Positions 7,528-17,500 are shown, counted from the first letter of the stretch. The stretch: DNA of 32,000 bases from an uncultured Erysipelotrichaceae bacterium (GCA_942493105.1 OW818668.1:420001-452000); one strand, 5' to 3'. The notes: a model not told the origin generated them from the sequence alone. Numbers and translations are program-made.

Positions 7528-8282
7528 GAGCCCTCCGGATATTCAACTTCTGTTAAATATAAACCGCAAGGTTCTGCGATACCACTGTATAATGTTTTGT
7601 CTTTAGATTCTAATATTCTTTTCGCATCAGATATCTTAAGTTTGCCTTTACCGATATCGATGATACAAGCCATGATCATACGGATCATATGACGCATGAA
7701 GCCATCTCCTTCAATCAAGAATCTTAATACATCCTCTTCTTCAAAGAGTTCAAAACGAAAAATGGTTCGTACTTGATTTGGGGTCTCCGCAAAACTGTTT
7801 GCACAAAATGCACTAAAATCATGGGTCCCAATAAAAACGCTCATGGCTTTTCGCATGTTGTCTCGATGCAGATGAGGACCAATACAGGCGTGTGTTTCAT
7901 AATTAAAGGGTTGGATCTCCCCTTGATAGATAAGATACTCATATTGTTTTCTGATGACAGAATAACGTGCATGAAATTGCTTGTTGACGAACTGAACTTC
8001 AATGATTTTGATGTCCATCGGCAATTGACGATTGAAAGCTTTCATCCACTCGGCTTCATTTAAACTGAGCTCTGTATCAAAATGAAAAACTTGCCCTAAG
8101 GCATGTACTTTAGCATCAGTTCTTCCTGATCCTACCACCTGCACATCACGATGATGCATAGACTCTAGGATGTTTTCTAAGATTCCTTGTATACTGCTTA
8201 CATTATTCTGGACTTGCCATCCATTATAATGAGCACCATGATACATTACAGTGCATTTGACGCGCTTTAAAGGCTGAGCCAT
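7524..8282 (-). CDS. truA: tRNA pseudouridine(38-40) synthase TruA
   Basis: 252 aa. The catalytic motif GSGRTDAKVHALGQVFHF is present. It holds the conserved position after ecfT. Confidence 0.93.
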   Translation of the reverse strand: MAQPLKRVKCTVMYHGAHYNGWQVQNNVSSIQGILENILESMHHRDVQVVGSGRTDAKVHALGQVFHFDTELSLNEAEWMKAFNRQLPMDIKIIEVQFVNKQFHARYSVIRKQYEYLIYQGEIQPFNYETHACIGPHLHRDNMRKAMSVFIGTHDFSAFCANSFAETPNQVRTIFRFELFEEEDVLRFLIEGDGFMRHMIRMIMACIIDIGKGKLKISDAKRILESKDKTLYSGIAEPCGLYLTEVEYPEGS

Positions 8283-9061
8283 ATAATTACTCCCAATACA
8301 CTTAAGACCGATCCCATCATCACTGCGTCCCTATAGGTAGGTTTCAGTTGTTTATATCGCGTACGGTGTTGAGCCACCACATAACCTCTTGCTTCCATCG
8401 CATCGGCTAATTCTTCAGCTCTTTGGAAACTTGAAACAAACAAAGGAACGATCAAAGATAAGATGGCCATGATCTTTTCTTTAAAGGAGCCTTCTTTAAG
8501 ATCGACCCCTCTTGAGGCTTGAGCCTTCATGATTCGGTTTGTTTCATCGATCAGTGTAGGAATGAATCTTAAAGCAATCGATATCATCATGGCGATCTCA
8601 TGAGAAGGCAAGCCGATTCTTTTAAATGGGCTCAGTAAATCTTCGATACCTAAAGTTAGATCCATCGGTTTGGTTGAAACAGTCAGCAAGGTAGTGATGA
8701 TGATCATCAAAGTCAATCTCACCATGATGTATAAAGTTTGGAACACCGCATCACTATATAAAGTGTAGCTTGAAAAACTAAAGACCACATAACCTGTTCT
8801 GATGACCAATGAATTGATCACAAATAAGAAGCTCAACATAAAAATCATCGGCTTCATCGACTTCACAATCATCTTGAGTGATATTTTCGTAAAGAGTAAT
8901 GCAATGATGACAAAGGTTCCAATGATGGCATATCCAACAAAACCTGTCGGGAAAAAAACAGAGACCATCAAGATCAGCATGCCCATGATCTTATAGCGCG
9001 GATCAAGTTTATGCGTAAAAGTATTTAAAGGAATGTAGCGTCCTAAGGCAATGTTGTTCAT
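8267..9061 (-). CDS. ecfT: ECF transporter transmembrane (T) component
   Basis: 264-aa membrane protein. N-terminus GRYIPLNTFTHKLDPRYKI and the coupling-helix region ALRFIP..ARG are typical of EcfT. It follows two EcfA genes. Confidence 0.92.
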   Translation of the reverse strand: MNNIALGRYIPLNTFTHKLDPRYKIMGMLILMVSVFFPTGFVGYAIIGTFVIIALLFTKISLKMIVKSMKPMIFMLSFLFVINSLVIRTGYVVFSFSSYTLYSDAVFQTLYIMVRLTLMIIITTLLTVSTKPMDLTLGIEDLLSPFKRIGLPSHEIAMMISIALRFIPTLIDETNRIMKAQASRGVDLKEGSFKEKIMAILSLIVPLFVSSFQRAEELADAMEARGYVVAQHRTRYKQLKPTYRDAVMMGSVLSVLGVIIWLSL

Positions 9062-9912
9062 GGTTTAAGCTCCAAAGCGATAGCTTCAGCCAATTCTTCT
9101 AAATGACGCATGGGTTGTTTTAATTCAAAGCCACCTTCAATCAGGCCTTCCTTGAAGACCAAAAGCGAAGGTAAATTCATTTGAATATCTTCTACTTGAG
9201 ATTTCCGTTCAAAATAATCGGTTACCAATTGATGGTTGATGACTTCTCCATCACGCATAACGACCACATTATCACAATAATTGATCACATGTTCCATATC
9301 ATGAGTAACGATCAAAATCGTTTTTCCGTTTTCACGATTGAGTTTTAGAAAGAGTTCCATCATGGCTTTAGACCCTTGAGGATCTAATCCTGCTGTGGGT
9401 TCGTCAAGTACCAACACATCGGGATTGATTGCTAAAATGCCAGCGATCGCAACTCTGCGTTTTTGTCCGCCAGAAATATCCAAAGGTGATTTTTCTGCAA
9501 AACTTTCATCCAAGCCAACCAACTTTAAAGCGTTCATGGCTAGGACTTTGGCTTGTTCTTCTGGAACTTTAAAATTCAATGGACCAAACATAATATCCTT
9601 AATGATCGTTTCTTCAAACAGTTGATATTCAGGAAACTGAAAGACCAAACCGACTTTTTGACGAAGTGATTTTAGTTCTTTAGGTTTGTGTTTGTTGGTG
9701 ATCGTTCGATCTAAAACCAAGACTGTCCCTTCTGTGGGTAAAAGCAAGGCATTGAGATGTTGAACCAGAGTACTTTTACCTGATCCAGTTGGACCGATAA
9801 TGGCAGTTACTTTACCTAATTCAAAAGCCAAATCGATATTCTTAAGAGCCTCATACGCAAAAGGAGTATTGGGGGCATACTTAAAGTTTACTTTTTCGAA
9901 CGCAATAGGCAT
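9058..9912 (-). CDS. ecfA2: ECF transporter ATPase subunit A2
   Basis: 284 aa. Walker A GPTGSGKST, signature SGGQKRRVAIAG, Walker B LVLDEPTAGLD. SD AAAGGATGGTGG lies upstream. Confidence 0.93.
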   Translation of the reverse strand: MPIAFEKVNFKYAPNTPFAYEALKNIDLAFELGKVTAIIGPTGSGKSTLVQHLNALLLPTEGTVLVLDRTITNKHKPKELKSLRQKVGLVFQFPEYQLFEETIIKDIMFGPLNFKVPEEQAKVLAMNALKLVGLDESFAEKSPLDISGGQKRRVAIAGILAINPDVLVLDEPTAGLDPQGSKAMMELFLKLNRENGKTILIVTHDMEHVINYCDNVVVMRDGEVINHQLVTDYFERKSQVEDIQMNLPSLLVFKEGLIEGGFELKQPMRHLEELAEAIALELKP

Positions 9913-10714
9913 AATTCAGCCACCATCCTTTCGGTATCCAAGGTTTCTTTTAAATGAATACCTCTGCGTTTTAAAGCATTGGCCAATTTAACATTGAATG
10001 GAGCATCCAACTTCAATGCGACCAGTTCTTCTTCATTGATCATCACTTCTGACGGTTTACCATCTTTGACGATCCTTCCGTCAAACATGACGATCACATG
10101 ATCACTTTTTTTGACTTCTTCTATGTCATGGGTAATCGAAAGGATGGTCATTCCATATTCTTTATGAAGCTGATTGACTAAGGCATTGATTTCAGACTTG
10201 CCTTCAGGGTCTAACATACTTGTGGCTTCATCTAGAATCAAAATCTCTGGTCTCATCGCTAAAACACCCGCAATCGCGACTCTTTGTTTCTGTCCACCGG
10301 ATAATCGTGTCGGTTCTTGGTCAAGGTATTTGATCATATCGACACGTGAGGCAAAGTTGTTGATGATATCATCCATCAAAGCGGATCAACTTGATGATTC
10401 TCAAGTCCAAATGCAATGTCATCTCTGACGGTTGCCCCAATGAATTGATTGTCTGGATTTTGAAAAACGATACCGATTTTACGTCGAATTTGATCTAGAT
10501 TGGCTTCAGTCAACTCTAAATCATCAATTAAGATTGAACCTGAGCCTTTCTCAAGCAATCCGATCAATAGTTTAGCGATGGTACTTTTACCAGATCCATT
10601 GTGTCCGATCAAGGTTGTATAAGAACCTTTCTCAACCGTAAAAGAGACGTCATTGACGACGTCTATTTGTAAATCATAGGAAAACTTTAAATGAGAAACT
10701 GTTATTGGGTTCAA
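9888..10714 (-). pseudogene. ecfA1: ECF transporter ATPase subunit A1, interrupted by a single-nucleotide frameshift near 10378-10385
   Basis: The N-terminal ORF (Walker A GHNGSGKST, Q-loop FQNPDNQF) stops at the TGA at 10376-10378. The C-terminal ORF (LSGGQKQRVAIAG, ILILDEATSMLD) continues in another frame. Adding one T to the TTT run restores ...ENHQVDPLLMDDII... I infer a TTG start at 10714, 5 nt after SD AAGGTGGAG. Confidence 0.85.
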
Positions 10715-10731
10715 AACTTCTCCACCTTCTT

Positions 10732-11187
10732 TTATTTGCTGAAATCCCAACCCAGATAGTTCTGTTTCAGTGACTTAGCGCTTTGTGCTGTAAAAATAAC
10801 TTCATCAAAAATCGTTTGTGTTAATGCGTGAACTTTTTTCTTATACAAGGTTCGAGTAGGTCCTGATTCTTTCTCATAACCTGCTGCACCCATAAGTTCA
10901 TCTAGAAATTTAGCTTGCTGTTCGCTATTGGATACATAATGAATCAAAATGATATCCGTATTTGGATCCAGTGTCTTGGTCATTTCGGTAATTTGAGATT
11001 TGTAACTGGCAAGCAATGTTTTAGGTAAAGTATTTTTTACACTGACTTTAGGTAAAACAGTCTTAGGATCAGGAAGTGGTACACTGACTTCTGGTTTTAA
11101 ATCTTGTGTTCGTTTAATCTTGTTGGCAGCATAGGCACCCAGTGCAGTCACACCAACCAAGGCAATAAGTTTGGTTTTTGTCTTCAT
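10732..11187 (-). CDS. Hypothetical membrane-anchored protein (single N-terminal TM helix)
   Basis: 151-aa ORF. MKTKTKLIALVGVTALGAYAA forms the hydrophobic anchor. SD GAGGTGAAAAG lies upstream. I recognise no family. Confidence 0.6.
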   Translation of the reverse strand: MKTKTKLIALVGVTALGAYAANKIKRTQDLKPEVSVPLPDPKTVLPKVSVKNTLPKTLLASYKSQITEMTKTLDPNTDIILIHYVSNSEQQAKFLDELMGAAGYEKESGPTRTLYKKKVHALTQTIFDEVIFTAQSAKSLKQNYLGWDFSK

Positions 11188-11218
11188 CTTTTCACCTCAC
11201 AGCACTATTTTACCATAA

Positions 11219-11806
11219 TCAAGACTCATATTTACGGCTTATGAGCATCAAGCCATCCCCAAATTCCAGAGCTTTAACGTTGAGATCGCTTTCATTTAGG
11301 ATCCATTGTCTAAAGTTATTGATCTTACGAACCAGTTGTTTTAAATCACGGCTCTGAGTTTGATCTGTGTGTGTTTCCCCATGAAAATCAATATTATCCA
11401 CAAGGATATAGCCACTTTTACTTAAATAAGGCAAAACTTTAATAAAGAGCGCTTTGTTTTGACTCTTGGGTCCATCGATGAAGATGAGATCATAGGTTTG
11501 TGTTAATTCTATTGTTAAGGCATCTTGATGAATGACAGTGATGTGTTCTTGTAGGTCAAGATCAAAGATATTCTGTTTCGCAATTTCAGCTCTTTTTAGA
11601 TTCAATTCAATCGTTCTTATTTTCAAATCTTTATTGGCTAAAGCCATATGAATCGACCAGATCCCATGACCTGTTCCTATTTCTAGTATGTTTTTTAAGG
11701 ATTGGCTTTGGATCAAATGTTCACAGTAAAATAAACCCTCTTCTTGCATCGAAGGAATCTTATCTTGCGTAGCTTTAAGTTTGATCTGGTCGAAAGTTGT
11801 CATCAT
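11219..11806 (-). CDS. Class I SAM-dependent O-methyltransferase (family 3, YrrM/TrmR-like)
   Basis: 195 aa. SAM-binding motif ILEIGTGHGIWSIHMA and the acidic-loop motif DLIFIDGPK are typical of cation-dependent O-methyltransferases. Confidence 0.75.
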   Translation of the reverse strand: MMTTFDQIKLKATQDKIPSMQEEGLFYCEHLIQSQSLKNILEIGTGHGIWSIHMALANKDLKIRTIELNLKRAEIAKQNIFDLDLQEHITVIHQDALTIELTQTYDLIFIDGPKSQNKALFIKVLPYLSKSGYILVDNIDFHGETHTDQTQSRDLKQLVRKINNFRQWILNESDLNVKALEFGDGLMLISRKYES

Positions 11807-11809
11807 AAG

Positions 11810-11831
11810 AAAAGCACCTTGCGGTGCTTTT
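11810..11831 (-). terminator. Rho-independent terminator after rplQ (end of the alpha operon)
   Basis: AAAAGCACC-ttgc-GGTGCTTTT, beginning 5 nt after the rplQ stop. On the minus strand the T-tract runs into the methyltransferase start. Confidence 0.8.
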
Positions 11832-11835
11832 AATG

Positions 11836-12198
11836 TTATACCAATTCGATGGTAGCCATTTCCGCAGCATCGCCCTTACGGGTTCTGGTTTTTAGTACGC
11901 GGGTATAGCCGCCGTGTCGATCAGCGTATTTTGGGGCAACAACGTCGAACAATTTCTGTACGGCGGTTTGTCCGGTAGCTTTATCAGCTACGACGTCTTT
12001 AACATAAGCCATGACTTGACGACGAGCGTGCAGGTCATTCTTCTTGGCTACGGTAATCAATTCATCCACTACAGAGCGTAAGTCCATGGCTTTCATTTCT
12101 GTGGTTTCAATTTTACCGTAGACGATCAGGCTGGTCGCTAAGTTTCTGAGTAAGGCTTTGCGGTGGTCGGCTTTGCGTCCGAATTTACGATTCATCAT
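11836..12198 (-). CDS. rplQ: 50S ribosomal protein L17 (bL17)
   Basis: 120 aa. FGRKADHRKALLRNLATSLI is the canonical bL17 N-terminus. It follows rpoA. Confidence 0.97.
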   Translation of the reverse strand: MMNRKFGRKADHRKALLRNLATSLIVYGKIETTEMKAMDLRSVVDELITVAKKNDLHARRQVMAYVKDVVADKATGQTAVQKLFDVVAPKYADRHGGYTRVLKTRTRKGDAAEMATIELV

Positions 12199-12212
12199 GT
12201 TCAGTCTCCTTG

Positions 12213-13172
12213 TTAGTCGTAGTTCTTGAAACCGAGACCCATGGCGATCAGTTTCTCTTTGACTTCTTTTAGGGACTTTTTCCCTAAATTGCGAACTCTC
12301 ATCATTTCATCTTCTGTTCTCTGAGTCAGTTCATCCACAGTTTGGATACCTGCTCTCTTTAAACAGTTATAGGATCTGACCGAGAGGTCTAGATCTTCAA
12401 TCATTATTAGTTGAGTATTGCTTCTGGCATCACCGGTCGCATCCTTGATCAGGTTATTCATTTGGGAGACGTGATCATTGAGATTGGTCAGCAAGCTGAG
12501 GTGATCGATCAAGATCTTGGCGCCAAGTGAAATGGCTGTCTGCGGATTGATTGAACCGTTGGTCCAGATTTCAAATACAAGTCGGTCATACTTCGCATCT
12601 TGTCCTACACGGGTCGGTTCGACATTGTAGGCGATGCGTTGTACTGGTGTATAAATGGAGTCGGTATAAATCGTACCGATACCTTGGAAAGCCCCTTGAT
12701 GGGAAGCTTTGTTTTGGTCAGCACTGACATAACCACGGCCATTCTTAGCACGCATTTCCATATCCAAGATGGCGCCGGTCTCTAAGGTCGCTAAGACGAG
12801 ATCCTTATTGAGAATAACCACATTGGCAGGACATTCAATGTCTGCTGCTGTGACTACTTTTGGACCTTTGGCTGAAATGCGTAAGGTATAAACTTCATCA
12901 TCGCTGATCGTCATGATCAAGTCCTTCAAATTCAGGATGATGGCGGTAACATCTTCCACTACGCCAGGAATGGCAGTAAATTCATGGAAAACGCCTTCAA
13001 TTTTAATTGAGTAGACAGCTGCGCCAGGTAAAGAGGAGAGCAATACTCGTCTTAAAGCATTACCGATGGTTGTTCCAAAGCCCCTTTCGAAGGGCTCGAT
13101 GAGAAACTTGCCATAGTGATTGTCTTCAGAGTATTCTTTAATCTCGAAATGAGCACGTTCAAATTTTTGCAT
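12213..13172 (-). CDS. rpoA: DNA-directed RNA polymerase subunit alpha
   Basis: 319 aa. N-terminal-domain motif GTTIGNALRRVLLSSLPGAA and C-terminal-domain motif LSVRSYNCLKRAGI. Confidence 0.97.
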   Translation of the reverse strand: MQKFERAHFEIKEYSEDNHYGKFLIEPFERGFGTTIGNALRRVLLSSLPGAAVYSIKIEGVFHEFTAIPGVVEDVTAIILNLKDLIMTISDDEVYTLRISAKGPKVVTAADIECPANVVILNKDLVLATLETGAILDMEMRAKNGRGYVSADQNKASHQGAFQGIGTIYTDSIYTPVQRIAYNVEPTRVGQDAKYDRLVFEIWTNGSINPQTAISLGAKILIDHLSLLTNLNDHVSQMNNLIKDATGDARSNTQLIMIEDLDLSVRSYNCLKRAGIQTVDELTQRTEDEMMRVRNLGKKSLKEVKEKLIAMGLGFKNYD

Positions 13173-13195
13173 ACATATCCCTCCTCAGTTTCTTT

Positions 13196-13588
13196 CTAAC
13201 CACGTGGCCGCTTTGGCGGACGGCATCCGTTGTGCGGGATCGGAGTGACGTCGGAGATGACAGTGATTTCTAAACCTGCTGTTTGCAGGCTTCTAACTGC
13301 TGCTTCACGTCCAGGACCAACGCCCTTGACAACGACTTCAACAGTCTTCATACCATGATCGGTAGCGGCTTTGCCGGCAGCTTCAGCGACTTGCTGAGCA
13401 GCATACGGCGTAGACTTACGACTTCCTTTGTAGCCCAAAGCACCTGCACTTGACCAGGCCAGGACATTGCCTGCTTCATCAGTGATGGTAACGATGGTGT
13501 TGTTAAAGGTGGAATGAATATGTGCGACACCTTTAGCGATATTCTTGCGCACTTTGCGTTTGCGTGATGCGGGTTTTGCTGTTGCCAT
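13196..13588 (-). CDS. rpsK: 30S ribosomal protein S11 (uS11)
   Basis: 130 aa. [18 protein letters not shown] and the C-terminal motif [15 protein letters not shown]. Confidence 0.97.
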   Translation of the reverse strand: MATAKPASRKRKVRKNIAKGVAHIHSTFNNTIVTITDEAGNVLAWSSAGALGYKGSRKSTPYAAQQVAEAAGKAATDHGMKTVEVVVKGVGPGREAAVRSLQTAGLEITVISDVTPIPHNGCRPPKRPRG

Positions 13589-13600
13589 GTTCTTGCCTCC

Positions 13601-13966
13601 TTATTTCTTCTTGTTCGCGACAGTACGACGCGGTCCCTTACGGGTACGGGCATTGGTCTTGGTTCTTTGTCCGCGTACAGGCAAGCCTTTACGATGACGC
13701 AAACCACGGTAGGATCCAATTTCCATCAAGCGTTTGATGTTGAGGTTGACTTCACGACGGAGGTCTCCTTCAACTTTGATCTTGTCGATTTCTTTACGGA
13801 TGGTATTGATTTGTTCATCTGTAAGATCTTTCGTACGAACATCTTCGCTGATTTTTGAGTTTTTGAGAATTTCCTCAGCCATAGGACGGCCGATTCCATA
13901 AATATAGGTTAACGATATCACCACGCGTTTATTGCTTGGGATGTCTACACCAGCTATACGAGCCAT
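13601..13966 (-). CDS. rpsM: 30S ribosomal protein S13 (uS13)
   Basis: 121 aa. [26 protein letters not shown] is the canonical uS13 N-terminus. Confidence 0.97.
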   Translation of the reverse strand: MARIAGVDIPSNKRVVISLTYIYGIGRPMAEEILKNSKISEDVRTKDLTDEQINTIRKEIDKIKVEGDLRREVNLNIKRLMEIGSYRGLRHRKGLPVRGQRTKTNARTRKGPRRTVANKKK

Positions 13967-13980
13967 TGTTTATGTTCCTC

Positions 13981-14097
13981 CTAGTTTCCTTGACGTTGTT
14001 TGTGTTTCGGATTTTCACAAATAACCATGACGCGACCTTTGCGTTTGATGACGCGGCATTTGTCGCATATGGGTTTGACAGATGGTCTGACTTTCAT
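13981..14097 (-). CDS. rpmJ: 50S ribosomal protein L36 (bL36), zinc-binding form
   Basis: Absent from the ORF track because it is under 60 aa. Manual translation gives [38 protein letters not shown]. It lies between infA and rpsM. Confidence 0.95.
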   Translation of the reverse strand: MKVRPSVKPICDKCRVIKRKGRVMVICENPKHKQRQGN

Positions 14098-14113
14098 ACT
14101 TGTTCTCCTGACA

Positions 14114-14332
14114 CTACTTGTGTCTAAATGTTATACGCCCACGTGATAAATCATAGGGTGAAATCTCAACGGTAACGCGATCGCCTGGTAAAATGCGGAT
14201 GTAATGCATGCGGATTTTACCAGATACGTGGGCTTTTAGCGTGTGCCCGTTGGATAATTTCACGTCGAAAGTCGCATTAGGTAATACCTTTTCTACGACT
14301 CCTTCAATCTCAATAACGTCTTGTTTAGCCAT
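14114..14332 (-). CDS. infA: Translation initiation factor IF-1
   Basis: 72 aa. [30 protein letters not shown]...RGRITFRHK. Confidence 0.97.
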   Translation of the reverse strand: MAKQDVIEIEGVVEKVLPNATFDVKLSNGHTLKAHVSGKIRMHYIRILPGDRVTVEISPYDLSRGRITFRHK

Positions 14333-15089
14333 TCTTACCTCCTTTTAGTGTTGTCAGAATGTCACATCCGTCCTTCATGATGACGACGGTATGTTCATAG
14401 TGGGCTGCCAATGATCCATCTTTGGTTTTGACGGTCCACTCATCATCCATTACTTTGGTATAAGGTTTGCCCCGATGAACCATCGGTTCAATCGCCAAAG
14501 TCATCCCTTCCTTCAATATTATTCCTTTTCCTGCGGGTCCAAAGTTAGGGATCGAGGGATCTTCATGTAGATGAGATCCAATTCCGTGTCCTGAGTAATC
14601 GTAAGGGATAGAATAACCGAAGGAGTAAACATATTCGCCGATCGCATGCGAGATATCGGTTAAGTGATTCCCTGCTTTCGCGAATTTAAGCCCTTCGTAT
14701 AAACTGTTTTTTGTGACATCTAGAAGATGTTGAGCTTCTTTAGATATGTTTCCAACAGCATACGTCCAGGCACTGTCACCGTGATAACCTTTGTAACAAG
14801 CGCCAATATCGACTGAGATGATATCTCCTTCTTTCAAGACATAACTGGATGGAAATCCATGGACCAATGTATCATTGACTGAACAGCAGGTCGCCGCTGG
14901 AAATCCATTATAGCCTTTGAATGAAGGAGTGGCATCATTGTCCAAGATCGTTTTTTCAACCACTTGGTCGATCATCTTGGTTGTGATACCTACTCGGATC
15001 ATGGCCTCTACGGCTTGGTGCGCGAGCGCGACGATTTCGCCGGCTCTGCGCATCAATTCGATTTCTCTGGGGGACTTCGATGAAATCAT
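14325..15089 (-). CDS. map: Type I methionine aminopeptidase
   Basis: 254 aa. Metal-ligand context [28 protein letters not shown] and AIEPM..EHTV. Confidence 0.95.
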   Translation of the reverse strand: MISSKSPREIELMRRAGEIVALAHQAVEAMIRVGITTKMIDQVVEKTILDNDATPSFKGYNGFPAATCCSVNDTLVHGFPSSYVLKEGDIISVDIGACYKGYHGDSAWTYAVGNISKEAQHLLDVTKNSLYEGLKFAKAGNHLTDISHAIGEYVYSFGYSIPYDYSGHGIGSHLHEDPSIPNFGPAGKGIILKEGMTLAIEPMVHRGKPYTKVMDDEWTVKTKDGSLAAHYEHTVVIMKDGCDILTTLKGGKNG

Positions 15090-15736
15090 CGTAATAACCT
15101 CAGGATGGAGAAAATGTCCGCATAGACGAGATCCGGTTTACGGGATGCGTCTACGTTATGCACCAATGCCTTTTCACGATAGAAGTCTAAGACCGGTTGG
15201 GTCAAGACCATGTGTTCATGCAAACGATTGCCCAACTGCTCGACAGTATCGTCTGAACGATGCACTAAAGGTGAACCGCATTTGTCGCAGATGCCACTGA
15301 CCTTCGGAGCAGATCCGATGGTGTTATAGATGGCACCGCAATTCTCACAGATACGACGTCCAATGACGCGTTGTTTCAAGTCTTCCAAGTGAACTGTCAA
15401 ATTAAAGACAGCTTCAACGGGGCGACCGATTTCCTCTGCGATATCTTCAAACGCTTCAGCTTGAGCAAGTGTTCTAGGAAAGCCATCTAAGAGATAACCT
15501 TTTTGACAATCACACTGACTGAGACGTTCTTTGACCATTTTAATCGTTAAATCGTCTGGGACAAGATGACCTCTATTCATATAGGTTTCAGCAATCTTTC
15601 CCAACTCGGTCTGGGCTGTTATAGCCGCTCTAAACATGTTCCCAGATGAAATATGTGGGATATCATAGTCTAAAACGATGCGTGCTGCCATGGTACCTTT
15701 ACCAGATCCGGCAGCTCCCATAAGGAGTATGTTCAT
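15086..15736 (-). CDS. adk: Adenylate kinase (Cys4 zinc-lid form)
   Basis: 216 aa. P-loop GAAGSGKGT and lid motifs CENCG...CDKCG. Confidence 0.96.
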   Translation of the reverse strand: MNILLMGAAGSGKGTMAARIVLDYDIPHISSGNMFRAAITAQTELGKIAETYMNRGHLVPDDLTIKMVKERLSQCDCQKGYLLDGFPRTLAQAEAFEDIAEEIGRPVEAVFNLTVHLEDLKQRVIGRRICENCGAIYNTIGSAPKVSGICDKCGSPLVHRSDDTVEQLGNRLHEHMVLTQPVLDFYREKALVHNVDASRKPDLVYADIFSILRLLR

Positions 15737-15737
15737 A

Positions 15738-17042
15738 TTAACCGAAGAAACCCTTGTAGGTCTTCTGTGTCAGCTGACCTTCCAAGTCTTTCATGGTTTC
15801 TAATGCGACCCCAACCACGATGATGATCCCTGTTCCACCAATCCCAACGGTATTGGGCAAAGCAGTGACAAACATCGGCAAGGCATAAGGCAATACAGCG
15901 ATGAAAACCAAGAATGCGGCTCCCAAGACTGTGATTCGATTAAGCACTTTATGCAGATAAACTTTGGTCTCATTACCTGGTCTAATTCCTGGAATATAAG
16001 TGCCTTGTTTACCCAAATCATCCGCAATCTTTTCAGTATCGACTTGAAGATTGGTATAGAAGAAGGTAAATAAGACGACCAACACACCATAGATTGCCAA
16101 TCCTGTTGGGGATTGGAAACTTAAGTTCGTTGTCAACCAAGAATAAACTGTTTCTACCGTCGAATTAGACTGAAAGAAACTCAATGCTGTCGCAGGCGCA
16201 GTCATGACCGCTGAAGCGAAGATAACTGGGATTACTGAAGCAGAATTGATTTTTAAAGGCAAATAAGTCACATCTTGTTTTTGCTTACGCAAGTTACTGG
16301 ATGTGTACTGGATGGGAATCTTACGAATCGCCGTAGAGGTAAAGATGACCAACACGATGATGACGAAATACATCAGTAAGTAAATCATAAAGTTGAAAAT
16401 CCCGGCAAACATGACGGCATTTCCACTAGTCTGATCGACCAACGTGTTGAATATGGAGTAAAAATCAAACGGAATATGAGATACGATCCCAGCAAAGATC
16501 AAGATGGAAATCCCATTCCCAATCCCAAACACAGAGATACGGTCTCCTATCCACATCAAGAACATGGTTCCTGCGGATAAAACAACAGTGATGAAGAACA
16601 TGACTGAGAGATTATTGATGACAAGGATGCCATAATTGACCTCAAAGGCATAAGTTAAAGTGAAAGCTTGGAAGAGGGCCAATACGACTGTTAGGTAACG
16701 TGTGACTTTTTCCAATTTCTTCTTACCGGTGGCACCGGATTTCGTCATCTCCGTTAAAGCAGGGATGACATCCATCGACAACAACTGGACGATGATCGAA
16801 GCGGTAATGTAAGGTCCAACACCCATCGCAAAGATGGAAAATTTCTGGAGTGCTCCACCACCTAAAAGGTTCATCATACCAAATATGGCGTTGTCGCCTA
16901 AGGAGTCAGTCAAAGCACCTACATCGACCCCAGGCACAGGAATACCTGCACCTAGGCGATAGATAAAGAGCATACCTAAAGTAAAGAGGATCTTTCTTCT
17001 GATTTCCTTCTGTTTAAACAGACCGACGAACGTCTTGATCAT
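15738..17042 (-). CDS. secY: Preprotein translocase subunit SecY
   Basis: Polytopic ORF with SecY motifs (LGMLFIYRLG, FAMGVGPYITASII). I placed the start at the ATG at 17042 (MIKTFVG...), 1 nt after the rplO stop. The tracked start at 17078 is a TTG inside rplO. Confidence 0.93.
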   Translation of the reverse strand: MIKTFVGLFKQKEIRRKILFTLGMLFIYRLGAGIPVPGVDVGALTDSLGDNAIFGMMNLLGGGALQKFSIFAMGVGPYITASIIVQLLSMDVIPALTEMTKSGATGKKKLEKVTRYLTVVLALFQAFTLTYAFEVNYGILVINNLSVMFFITVVLSAGTMFLMWIGDRISVFGIGNGISILIFAGIVSHIPFDFYSIFNTLVDQTSGNAVMFAGIFNFMIYLLMYFVIIVLVIFTSTAIRKIPIQYTSSNLRKQKQDVTYLPLKINSASVIPVIFASAVMTAPATALSFFQSNSTVETVYSWLTTNLSFQSPTGLAIYGVLVVLFTFFYTNLQVDTEKIADDLGKQGTYIPGIRPGNETKVYLHKVLNRITVLGAAFLVFIAVLPYALPMFVTALPNTVGIGGTGIIIVVGVALETMKDLEGQLTQKTYKGFFG

Positions 17043-17043
17043 A

Positions 17044-17490
17044 TTAAATGACCTCGGCTTTTCCACCTGCTTGTTCAATAAGGACCAGTGCAGATTTCGA
17101 GAACTTATGAGCGTGTACAGTAAGTTTCTTTTCTAAAGTCCCTACCCCCAGAATCTTGATCCCATTGAGTTCCTTGCGAACAAGTCTTGTTTCAATGAGT
17201 AATTCTGGAGTAACGACGGTTCCATCTTCAAAGATATTCAGTTGAGCGACATTGACGACCGCATATTCAACCCGAGTATAATTGGTAAAACCACGTTTAG
17301 GAATACGACGCCATAAAGGTGTCTGACCCCCTTCAAATCCAATCGCAACACCGCCGCCAGTACGAGAGTTTTGACCCTTAGTACCTTTACCTGCGGTTTT
17401 TCCTTGTCCAGAAGCTTGCCCACGGCCCAAACGTTTGGTACCGCCGACTTTACGAGCTCCAGGAACGGAATGTAATTCATGTAATTTCAT
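17044..17490 (-). CDS. rplO: 50S ribosomal protein L15 (uL15)
   Basis: 148 aa. [29 protein letters not shown]. Confidence 0.97.
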   Translation of the reverse strand: MKLHELHSVPGARKVGGTKRLGRGQASGQGKTAGKGTKGQNSRTGGGVAIGFEGGQTPLWRRIPKRGFTNYTRVEYAVVNVAQLNIFEDGTVVTPELLIETRLVRKELNGIKILGVGTLEKKLTVHAHKFSKSALVLIEQAGGKAEVI

Positions 17491-17500
17491 GTTGTCTCCT

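Noticed and set aside
10376-10381. The CUU UGA at the ecfA1 break resembles the prfB +1 programmed-frameshift site
   Set aside because: A +1 shift from CUU would read GAT GGA TGA and stop at once. The C-terminal frame needs a -1 or +2 shift, for which there is no slippery context. A simple indel is the better explanation.
13348-13719. 123-aa minus-strand alternative-frame ORF spanning rpsK/rpsM
   Set aside because: It crosses the rpsM stop, the intergenic SD and the rpsK start in a shifted frame. Its composition is not protein-like.
14917-15300. 127-aa plus-strand ORF antisense to map/adk
   Set aside because: It lies entirely within two well-supported, overlapping minus-strand genes and has no start context.
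17043-17078. Tracked secY start (TTG at 17078) inside rplO
   Set aside because: The ATG at 17042 lies 1 nt after the rplO stop and gives the usual SecY N-terminus (MIKTFVG...). The extension would overlap rplO by 35 nt.
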